Source: Lophium mytilinum (Eukaryota). Taken from it: a stretch of DNA of 64,000 nucleotides. How positions within the stretch are numbered: the stretch's first letter is position 1; each line of letters opens with the position of its first letter. Shown here piece by piece: positions 36,789 through 46,641 of the stretch. Made by a program: the position numbers and the translations under genes. Under the pieces are notes generated by a model. It was not told the origin of the DNA. It did not search any database and saw nothing but the letters and a program-made list of their open reading frames with translations. The stretch lies in NCBI GenBank assembly GCA_010093605.1, contig MU004194.1:1588323-1652322 (forward strand). Reading direction: 5' to 3'.

Positions 36789-37589
36789 ATGCCAGCGTTC
36801 ACTCTGTATGGGTTTCGCGGTTCGACCAACACCGATCGTGTCCGCCTAACTCTCGCCGAAGGTGGTTTTACGGATTACGACCTCGTGCTTCTCAACCTTC
36901 AAAAGGGGGAGCAAAAGGTACGTGGCTCGTTTCTCTTGGAAAAGGATAGATCTGCTCCTTGCTAGAGCACATCTTATATCGTATCGAGCCTCAGAATGTC
37001 TTCCCACCCATTTCGATTCTCATGAGTGCTGACACCGTTGCATCAGTCCGAAGAGCACAAGAAACGTCACCCGTGGGGTAAAATACCTGTCCTAATTTCC
37101 GCCGAGGGCTTTACACTCTACGAGAGTCGTGCAATCTGCAAATACCTCGCAAAGAAATACTCCTTTCCGCTTCTACCCCCCGACTCCGACGTCGAAGCTG
37201 CAGCGCTGTTCGACCAGGCGCAGAGCTCAGAAATCTTCTACTTCGCAGAACCTGCAGGTAGAATCACATTCGAAAAGTTTGTCAAAAAAATATTCATGGG
37301 GCTACCTCCGGATGAGGCCGTGGTCTCAGATGCACTGCGGTCGGTCGAGGCGTTTTTCGACGTTGCAGAATGTCTCTTACACCACAAAGACTACATGGCT
37401 GGAAATGACTTCACTCTCGTGGATATCTACTACATTCCGCTGATCCAAAGACTTTTCGTATGCGGGTTAGGAGATCTTATCGTCAGTCGTGAAGCCGTGA
37501 GTGCTTGGTGGGGCCGCTGTGTGAATCGCCCAGCAATACAGAGGGTGTTGGCCGCTGACAAGGAGGCTGTGGTTGCTGCTGGTAGATAG
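36789..37589 (+). CDS. Glutathione S-transferase (phi-like); intron 36918-37046
   Basis: 'KGEQKSEEH..RHPWGKIPVL', 'LYESRAICKYL', 'YMAGNDFTLVDI'. Confidence 0.93.
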
Positions 37590-38015
37590 GATAAATAGCT
37601 GCCGTACCTATTCTACTATAGTTTAGAAGAGGAATAGTCGCTTTTGAGAGCGAGACGGACCCCACTAGTCAGTTCTAAACCCACAGATCTTAGGTTCGAA
37701 AGAGGAAATGGACTTTTGTGACGTCAGTTTTCCCCTAAGAGAAAGGGTATCGCGTACCTCAGTACACAACAGTGTGTTGTCAGACGTTAATATACTTGGC
37801 CTGCCACGATCACGCTGCAATCCCGATGTAGGTCTCGGGGTTGTTCTGGGGTAACGATCGGCAAGGGCGGGATATGGCAAAATCCTGAAAAGGCAGGATG
37901 GTTCACAACAATAAGACCTTATCTTCTGAGAAGAGAAGGATCTCTCTAATGAGATATATAATTTGCAAATGGTGATTTTGATGAGGAGGAGCTGAGAGAA
38001 GCGGAGAAATTATAA

Positions 38016-38326
38016 ATTTGTCGGGTGCGAAATAGCGAAGAATCCCTTAGCGCGTTTCTCTCCGCGTTCCTCACCAAAATTTGTGTGAGAATCGCAGGGA
38101 GCACCACCTAATTGAATGTCAACTTGTTAATGTCCCCTTGATAAGGATACCAAAGGTTATCTACACTTGCTAAACACGCAGAGAGCCTGATTTACCCTTT
38201 TCGAAGTGACGTTGAGAGGTTGACATTCAATTGGGTGGTGCTCCCTGCGATTCTCACACAAATTTTGATGAGGACCGCGGAGAAAAACGCGCTAAGGGAT
38301 TCTTCGCTATTTCGCACCCGACAAAT
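38016..38326. mobile_element. 311-bp foldback element / MITE-like with 108-bp terminal inverted repeats
   Basis: 38016-38123 is the reverse complement of 38219-38326 with 4 mismatches by eye; non-coding 95-bp spacer; no clear TSD. Confidence 0.75.
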
Positions 38327-38529
38327 AGCTACAGTGCTTCCCTAGTGCTCCCCAAGATAGACTAGGCTATGCACGTCCCTTATGGTCTTCACTTTGCGCG
38401 GACCCTTCTTTGCTATCACTCCAACCCATCTGCAATTACTCCTAGTCTCATCATCGCAGCACGTTCGATCATAAACCTTCTACAGTTACGCAAGAAAAGC
38501 AGCCAGCGGGCGACGACGAGAAGCGAAAA

Positions 38530-39405
38530 TTAGTCTTCTGGAACGACGCAAAGACACTCCTCTCCCGTGCCCTCATCCATCAGCTCTTCGCCATCTAGCC
38601 CGAATTCACCTCCGGTTGCATCATCTTCCGCAAGCCCTTCAACCTCAAACCCCAGCTCCAATTCTTCCTGAGCCCTCTTCTCATACATCGCCTTGTACCC
38701 ATCCAGATCGTATAGCGCCCCTTTGTTGTACTGCTTATGGCTGACTTCTCCGGTCTTCTTGACTTTGATATGTCTCAACCGAAACGCAAAGACAAAGTCA
38801 TCCGCCCCTTCGAAAGCGACATCAGTCTTCGTCGTCTGATGCCCCTCGAACTTTGGACCTCCCGCGAAAGGAACTCCGCATGGGATCGTCGCGTCAACGC
38901 CTACATGTGCGTAGATGCCATTGTCTCTCATATACGAGTTCAGCCCCGAAGCCCCCGATGCAATCATGACTCCGGTAATCATAAAGAGCCTTTCACGAAA
39001 CTTGTTGTTGATAATGTATTCTCGGACAGAATCCTCCATGACAGTCGCTCTGACATATTCCTGACTCGGCACGAAGTACCGAGTGCACATGTTCTTTGCC
39101 ATCAATAGCTGGCTATCCTCGTTTTTCCAACCCACACTCACATCACCGCCGGCACCCACCACGAATTGTAGAAAGGAGCCCCACACTCCGATTCGCCCGC
39201 TCTTAGTCTTCGCATGACACGACGTCCAGTTTGTCTGATTGTGTGTATGAATAGCAGATGCTTCCAATGGCAGCGGCATGGTGTTTATCGGCTCGTCGGG
39301 CAAGGAGGGCGAGCTAATGATGCTACCGAGTCTGATCGGGCCTTCGGGGGGGCAAGTGCGAGTGGGCGCTAGGAAGTAACATGGTTTCTGCCCTGCCTTC
39401 GACAT
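38530..39405 (-). CDS. Fungal gasdermin-like pore-forming protein (HET-Q1/RCD-1 family), 291 aa
   Basis: 'PPEGPIRLGSIISSP', alternating beta-strand segments 'GAGGDVSVGW', 'TRYFVPSQEYV', 'LFMITGVMIA', 'DFVFAFRLRHI', 'KGALY' then an acidic tail; the motif order matches HET-Q1 as I recall it; adjacent S8 protease. Confidence 0.85.
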   Translation of the reverse strand: MSKAGQKPCYFLAPTRTCPPEGPIRLGSIISSPSLPDEPINTMPLPLEASAIHTHNQTNWTSCHAKTKSGRIGVWGSFLQFVVGAGGDVSVGWKNEDSQLLMAKNMCTRYFVPSQEYVRATVMEDSVREYIINNKFRERLFMITGVMIASGASGLNSYMRDNGIYAHVGVDATIPCGVPFAGGPKFEGHQTTKTDVAFEGADDFVFAFRLRHIKVKKTGEVSHKQYNKGALYDLDGYKAMYEKRAQEELELGFEVEGLAEDDATGGEFGLDGEELMDEGTGEECLCVVPED

Positions 39406-39557
39406 GGCAGATCCTGGAGTCTCGTCTGAGAGTGTGGCCTTTGATTCCGCACTTCTCTCGTCACTGATCAATCAGGTTACCTAGGAGCTTGGTTTCGAGA
39501 AAGTGGTGCTCATTCTTTTTCTTGATGCTACTACGAATGGGTCAGCTCAAACGGGCA

Positions 39558-40178
39558 TCAAGTACGGAAAGAAAGGTGCCAAGCTACCCGCGTAGGAACT
39601 TCGAAAGGTGATCCTCGGCCGGCTGAACCTGCAGCCCTTGGCGGGCTTCCAATCGCTTGATCGGTCCGGTCTGAAAAACTCGAGCCCTCTTGCGAATCCG
39701 TCACGGTCAGACTGACTTCTAGACCACTTTGAGCTCTTTCTTCGGTATCGAGTCGGGCCTCTTCTCCGTTGTATGGCCCCTCTTCAACGATAACAAGTCT
39801 ATCGTTCCTTTCTATTCTATTTCTTTCCAAGCTGAGCAATTCTCTTCGCAGCCCTTGTTTGTTAGTAGGCAAAGATTTTCGTCGCGCAAGCTTGGACTGT
39901 GAACGTCCGCCTTGACAGCAACAGAGACAGCAGACGACAAATATCGCGACTAGCCCAAGAAGAGAACCGATCGCTGCACCGGCAATCACGCCCGGACTTT
40001 GGTCGCTAATCCTTGGTTCGATGTATCCAGTCGAAGCAACCGAGTCAGATTCTTTGGTTCGATAGATGGTGGTTATGTAGGTTGTAGTTGATCTTTCGAT
40101 AGTGAGCACAATCGGAGGTGGTGTGCTAGTTGGTACGGGCGAAATCCATGCCGGTCCTCGTAGTGCTAAGTGGGGCAT
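39558..40178 (-). CDS. Hypothetical single-pass membrane protein with juxtamembrane Cys cluster
   Basis: Thr-rich N-region, TM 'GVIAGAAIGSLLGLVAIFVV', 'CCLCCC', basic stop-transfer; both ends could be changed by splicing. Confidence 0.55.
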   Translation of the reverse strand: MPHLALRGPAWISPVPTSTPPPIVLTIERSTTTYITTIYRTKESDSVASTGYIEPRISDQSPGVIAGAAIGSLLGLVAIFVVCCLCCCQGGRSQSKLARRKSLPTNKQGLRRELLSLERNRIERNDRLVIVEEGPYNGEEARLDTEERAQSGLEVSLTVTDSQEGSSFSDRTDQAIGSPPRAAGSAGRGSPFEVPTRVAWHLSFRT

Positions 40179-40591
40179 CAGTCTCGTGAAGTCATCGCTA
40201 AGTCATTCTGGAAATCAGGATCCAAAGTCGCGAGACGCAAGTTATGGAAAATGAGCTTGAAGCGCCGATACCCTGCTTCTCGATGTATGTGAAGTTATAG
40301 CAAGAATGGGGCTATGGAAATCCTAGAAATTGGAAATCAGGAGCGGGGAAACTTGTATCATCTGACGGCGGCCCAAAGCCAGTGGTACGACCAAATACAT
40401 GATGAAGCCTCATTTGCGCTACCTAGGTACGTGATACCGTACCACGGCTAACTCTTCTTCAAGAGCAGCCAGCTTTTGCTCCTCGACTACCGAACGACTC
40501 TCCAGCTGCTAATGTTTGCCACCAGAGTTTCTGCATCGAATCAACCCGCTCTTTCCGCAACAGCCAGGCCAGATCACCAAAGCCGTCCAAG

Positions 40592-43500
40592 ATGAGTAGA
40601 CGCCGGGCCCGATCTTGTGCTCCCGAAAGGACCGCCATCGTACGACTTGCTGAAGAAGGAGACCAGCATAGAAAAAGTGGAAATCATAGCGAGGCTACTC
40701 AATCGTACCGTCAAGCTGCTCAGCAATTTGAAGATCTCTATGGCGCTGAAGCCCACCGAACCCTGCTATTGAGAGATAAATTAGCTACTAGCCTTCATGA
40801 TGCTGGAGACTTCAAAGGAGCTGCGTCATGCAACGAGGAAACTCTACACAGGCGACAGAAGAGCGCACCCAACGAATCATCCGAGACATACGACAAATGG
40901 CTGAAAGATGTACTGGAAAACCGAAGACGACTGGCAGTAGATTACGTTAAGCTGGAGAGGGTTTCCGACGCCCTAACGCAATACCGAGGAGTCCTGCATG
41001 ATGCAGGTTCGTCGCACTTGTCTCTGGGCCACGATGTCTTTTGTCGGGATCGGAACAATCTTGCACAGGTACTATCAAGAACAGGAGTATCACAAGATGC
41101 GAGGGAAGCAGTAGATCTAAATTTCAATACCCTGAAAACTGCGGAGGCTACACTTGGGAAGAGTCATAGAGAGGTATCGAAATCACGGTACTCACTTGGG
41201 CGGGAGCTCGCGCGACTAGGGAAAATCGACGATGCTACGGAGCATTTTCGAGACAACGTCGTCATCCTGAGTGCGCTTTCTTGGGGAGAGCGGGACAGTA
41301 GAGACCTAGAAGGCGTTTTCCAAGATTCTAAAGTCATGCTTCAGAGGTGCATGCGGAATGGCCAAGAGACTAGAAGACCGAGAGACGAATGCAACGAAGC
41401 CGAGAAACAAGACATGGAACCTCGGACGACGAGCTCAGTAAGACATACAAACATACCCGACGAAAAGCCGCCGAATGCGATATCGCAGACAAAAGAAGTA
41501 AATCAAAAGGGAAAGAACCGGTCTGATCTAGAGCTACTTCAAGACGCTGGTCTCTCCAAAACAGCGGCTGAGAACAACAACGCAGACGGAAAAAGGGAGG
41601 ATCAAACCGTCAGTACGAGTGCTTCGGAAATAAACCCAAACGAGGTATTACCAGCGAGACAGATACAGCCCGTATTAGTCGCAAAAGCCCTCGTCCCATC
41701 AGCACAAACCCAATACCACGAAGCGTCCATCAAGAACATCATTAACAAGCCTCCAAGACTGGAGGGAAAACTTGGACAAAAATCCACGGAGCAGCAAACT
41801 AGTCTGGGTACAGGCCACCTGTTACCAACGGAAGACAGTACTCAAAAGCCGCCACAGTCTCAGGAAGTCATTCGCAAGAAACAGCTTGATGATCCAAACT
41901 CGGCCCTCGAGTCAAACACCGATAAACTTTCCATTGACAAACGAGAGACAATTCCCAGACTAGCATCACCCAAACAGTCACCTCTCCTGGAAATCAAAGC
42001 GGCACCAACTTCCGGAGACCTCCCGCTACTTGATACCCTTCAGGGAGCCAGTGTCGGGCCCCTGACCCATGAACCGGGAGATGAGAAAAAGCCCAGCCGA
42101 TCAGACAGCGTCGTCTCCACACCTGTACCAACCATCGTGGAGCCAATCGAACGTAGCTCAGATCTTGGAAATCTTGTCGACGACTTAACTCCCGCTATTA
42201 GCACCCCATTGCTCCATCTCTCCGTGCCAGATGTTTCTGAACCCAGCAATATACCTGGAGGTTGGAAGGCCGAATATGAGGCCGAAGATGATCCTCCCGG
42301 GATTTTTGAGTCTTTCAAGCCTCTCAGGCAAGCAAGATCCACTGCTAATCTAAGACCTTCCAACCTTCACCTCGATTTCGCAGGCAGACCAAGCCGATCT
42401 TTGTCGGTGTCGAACCTGAGGCCTCGAAACCAATCGCATTCGCGATCTTCCAGCATTTCGCGCTCCTGTGTTGGACATGACAGAGGGTGAGTACTACTGG
42501 AAAGCTTTTCGTACCTGCGGCTAATAAAACTTAGAGCGGACCTTGCGGATAAATGGTTCCAAGACCTAGAAAAAGACACACACCCGATGCTTGAAAAGTA
42601 CAGCAATTTCACACCCGATGCCGATGGTAAGAAAACTTACAAGCATGTCAAAATCGCAATACTAGACTCCGGTGTGGCACGGAAGGCGGACAAAAGAAGT
42701 GGAGAGAACAATATACCGTCCACGATTCAGCTTGCACGACCCCATATCAAAGAAGGAAAAATGAAGGGTGTGTCCGGCACTTTACCCTGGGACGAGGATG
42801 TCATTGGTCATGGCACTCACGGGGTCGGTCTTTTACTGAAAGTTTGCCCCTGGGCCGATATCTATGTGTATCGGGTCATCGAAAGCCAGCTGGGGTCTAT
42901 CCGCCAAGACCTCGTAGCAGCAGCGATAGAGGATGCAGCCGGCAAAGTTGACATCATTTCAATGTCCTTGGGATGGGAGCGAGACGACCCGCAGGTTGGT
43001 GAAGCCCTTGAACGCGCCAAGAAGAAAGGTGTACTGCTCTTCGCGGCTAGTTCCAACGATGGAGTCAATGGTGGCATGTCATTTCCAGCACGAGCGGACG
43101 AGGTTATTGCAATCGACTCAGCCAACTACCACGGCGAACCATCGCCATTCAATACCCCCGAAGATGACCGAAAGCAACGATTCACTGCTCTCGGCGAAGA
43201 CGTTGAATCAGCCTTTCCGCCGGCACTTCAAGGCTTGGATGACGATAGTGATGGTTTTTTGAGGGTTGGTTTCAAACGCAGTACAGGAAGTTCGTGCGCA
43301 ACGCCTATCGCCGCGGCGACTGCGGCGTTGATCCTAGAGTTTGCTAAACAGCCGCCGCTGTGCTACGACCCCCGGGTGCTGAACCATCTAAAGACTCTGA
43401 AAGGGATGCGGTACGTCTTTAATGAGTTGGTTAGTCAAAAGAAGAGCCAGACGTCACGCTTCAATCACCTGAACATTAGAAACCTACTATGCTGTGACGA

Positions 43501-43678
43501 GGGGTATCTTGATGGTGGTGATTGGGCGGACTCTTCTTTTGCCCCTCGATATCGAGCCGCCAGGAAAATTATCGACTGTCTACAACGTTTCCTTGAACCA
43601 GATTTGGGAGCGCCTATGCTTGACGAAATGAGCCGTGCAACTCGCAAGATGTTTGAAAGAAAGTCAACTTGGACCTAG
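40592..43678 (+). CDS. Cytosolic TPR-repeat / subtilisin-like (S8) serine protease, 1012 aa; intron 42487-42534
   Basis: N-terminal KLC-type TPRs ('LYGAEAHRTLLLRDKLA', 'LGKSHREVSKSRYSLG'); long disordered linker; triad 'AILDSG', 'GHGTH', 'TGSSCATP', oxyanion 'AASSNDG'; no signal peptide; the intron joins the two ORFs in frame. Confidence 0.9.
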
Positions 43679-44319
43679 TTCATCACCTTCGTACAGGTCA
43701 ACGTAACGCCACCCTCGCTGTTCTTTTAACTACACTATCCTTCTCTATCTCCACCCGCACATAGCCGATATCAAACACTGAACTCTTTAGTAATGTAGGG
43801 AGGAACTCTAGGGTCTGAACATGGTGGTTATGGCCGCGTTCGATTGCGATACTCAAACCCACGGGCATTCCAAATTTAGATCGCAGATGTCATACTCAGC
43901 CACGGACAGGATCCCAAGGTCTCATTCACCCCGGCAGCTGGGAAACAACCTTCGGGACGTACTTGGTGGCGAAACTACTATTACCAACTCCAGTTCATCT
44001 ATCGATGCAAAATCGACGACTGTGAACGAAACCTCCACGACAACCCGCGGCATTTATAGTTGATTATGCTGCATTGCCAGCAACATTTCTCTAACAACTT
44101 CATCCATCTAGCTCGTAATCGCGACCGAGTGCGGAAAAGCAGGAGAAATCGGTAGTGATTTGATGGTGGACTCAAGAAGAACTTTCAGAGATGTCAAGGA
44201 GGATGTGAATGACTTGGATGAAGCGACAAACATCAAGTTAGGCAAGGATATCTGGTTTAGCTGGTCACGTCACGTCTTATGATCTAACAGATAGGCAATC
44301 TTAAATTCATTCCTCCATT

Positions 44320-45876
44320 TCAGCACTCGTATACTCTATACAAGACTTTCTCAAAAACCAGATCTACCCCAACTTCCGCAAAAATAGCGATGAAATCCTC
44401 CTGTTCTGCCTCTGGGATCGCACAGTACGTCCGCACAACCACGCGACGAAGCCACGGCAGGCAATCTGGAATGTACGGAACCAGTTCGGCAAGCGGCGTG
44501 AATGATATGTCGTTCTCATCATGCCTCATCTCGTCCTCCTCTTCCTCGTCCTCGTCCTCCGCTTCCTCGTCCTCTTGACCCCAAGGGCCATAGGCATCCT
44601 CCTCGTCCTCCAGCTCCTCGTCCGCCTCCACGCCATCCTCATCGACATCGTCTTCCTCGAATTCGTCCTGTTCATCCTCCTCGTCTTGGTAATGCCAAGT
44701 AAGGAAGACAAGTTCTTCGAGCGACTTCGGCAAACTCAACGCAATCTTATTCCCCGCACGCGCCGGGGACATCGTCTCGTTGATGAGGACGCGATCATCC
44801 ACTTCCAGCGTCTGCAATTGCTCGAATGCCACGAACGTCCTGACCGGCGCCCTGATCTCATACGCCGGGAGCATGCGAAAGCCCTGCTGATTCCTCTTCA
44901 CCGCATGCACATCGAGCTTAAGGTGCTCGATCGTGCCAGAATGCGAGAGGAACGAGTCGACTACCTGGTTCCACGTGAACGGAGCGAAGCTCAGGTCCGC
45001 CTCCAACCGCGTCAAGCTTTGGAAAGACTTGAAGAAAGAGCTGAAAAGGGTGGGCCAGAACACCCCGGTTATGCAGACTTCTTTGACTGCAGAAGCGTTT
45101 TCCAGAGCTGCGAAGTGGGGGAGCGATTCCATGTCATCCGTGCTAACGATGACAAGCCGCTTGAGTAATGGGAGACGTAAAAGCGAGTCGTCTAGCCTGT
45201 TTCCGATAGCTCCATGGATCGGCTGATTTTTGTCGAAATGATACGCGCCGAACGAGCGCAAAGATCCAAAGATCGGGGCGGAAGGCTCGTTGGCCAGCTG
45301 TCGCAAGAGGAGCGGGACGCCAGACTCGGTGATCACATAAAACATGCGAAGATTCGGCATTTGCGACAGAACACCAGCCAGGAAGGCGATGTAAGGTGAC
45401 TCTTGGATTGTCTGGAGCCAAGAATTTCTGACATTGTCAGAGAGGCGCATTTCCCGGACTGTTTTATACAGAAGCTTCCAAACATTGCGTGGCACAGCTT
45501 GTTCAGCTTGCAGTCTCCGTTGGCCACTCCAGAACTTGACGCTTAGGTCACGCACTTTGACGCCTAAACCTGGAGTAGTGTTCAGTGTCCGGAAGAGCTG
45601 CCACAGCTTTCGGAAGCTGGTTTCTTCCCCAAAGGCCTCTAGGCTGATATCATGGTATATCGCCTCCTGGGTGCATCGGTGGAACTTGTGGGAAACGAGT
45701 GCCGTCTTACTGGGTTTCCTCAAGGTTTCCGACTTGACCATTGTGAGTATCTCCTCTGGCAAGTCTTTGATGGTAGCTGGTGCCCGTTGGAGCTGGACGT
45801 TCGAGTGATTTTCGAACAGGGTCGCGATCGGGGGAGAAGCATACTTTTTGTTGGATGATTCTGAGGACTGTACCAT
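44320..45876 (-). CDS. F-box-like / leucine-rich hypothetical protein with acidic insert (518 aa)
   Basis: 'IKDLPEEILTMV', 'ALVSHKFH..QEAIYHDI', 'LFRTL..PGLGVKVRDL', LRR-like 'MPNLR', 'LPKSLEEL'. Confidence 0.7.
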   Translation of the reverse strand: MVQSSESSNKKYASPPIATLFENHSNVQLQRAPATIKDLPEEILTMVKSETLRKPSKTALVSHKFHRCTQEAIYHDISLEAFGEETSFRKLWQLFRTLNTTPGLGVKVRDLSVKFWSGQRRLQAEQAVPRNVWKLLYKTVREMRLSDNVRNSWLQTIQESPYIAFLAGVLSQMPNLRMFYVITESGVPLLLRQLANEPSAPIFGSLRSFGAYHFDKNQPIHGAIGNRLDDSLLRLPLLKRLVIVSTDDMESLPHFAALENASAVKEVCITGVFWPTLFSSFFKSFQSLTRLEADLSFAPFTWNQVVDSFLSHSGTIEHLKLDVHAVKRNQQGFRMLPAYEIRAPVRTFVAFEQLQTLEVDDRVLINETMSPARAGNKIALSLPKSLEELVFLTWHYQDEEDEQDEFEEDDVDEDGVEADEELEDEEDAYGPWGQEDEEAEDEDEEEEDEMRHDENDISFTPLAELVPYIPDCLPWLRRVVVRTYCAIPEAEQEDFIAIFAEVGVDLVFEKVLYRVYEC

Positions 45877-46641
45877 GTTGACAGATGATAGAGATAGGGG
45901 AAAATTGTTGGGGCGAGACCTTTCGGCAGTAGGTGTCGAGTATGATACTCAGCTGTGGGTTGCAAGTGTTGGAAAGTTGTGCTGTGTGGTTACGCGGTGG
46001 GTGGTGGTGATGAAGGAAAGACAATGTGTGGAGGCGATAGTATTTATATAGTCGACGGAGGTGGTGTTTTCGTTAATCAGATTAACAAGTCACTGAAGAA
46101 CATTGAATGCGCTCAATAGCAAGAAACATGAAGTTCCGGAGTATACAGGAGTCGTGAAAGTGAGCATCACGTGACTAGCGAAAATGTAACCTTTGAAGCG
46201 CCAGGAATGGAGTCGGTACATACCTGCTTACCCGTGTATGACCTCCTTCATCCCGTTATAAGAATCTTAGATAATATATGGGGTCCAAGACAGCGCAGAT
46301 TTAGACTGCAAAGAGACGAAGAGGTACACTTAAATGCTTGAATTTGGGAGTATATGAGCTCGTCGCTGATTAATGCAATTTCCTGCCAGCGGGTGTGGTG
46401 CTCTGCACTGGTAGGATTTTGGAAGGACGGATGGTACTTCAAAGATGTGTATAGCCCACTAGCCCTATCGGAGGTAGCCTCACGACTTTCATTGAAGGAC
46501 CAAAGTGCTTGAATTTCATCAGATTCGGAGTTATAGAATAACTATGAAGGACCCTGAAACAGTGCCAGGAAGGAGTAAAAATGTTGTTGAGATATTATCT
46601 GAGCTCGCTCAAATCTGTTATCCCCCCCAGCCTGTGGAGCC

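Noticed and set aside
39406..39471. N-terminal extension of the gasdermin ORF, or fusion with the upstream TM gene
   Set aside because: The TTG start is preceded by an in-frame TGA; the ATG at 39405 has good Kozak context; I found no splice that fuses the frames.
44521..45168. 215-aa hydrophobic antisense ORF (similar one at 61940-62557)
   Set aside because: Shadow of acidic Glu/Asp codons in the real gene on the opposite strand.
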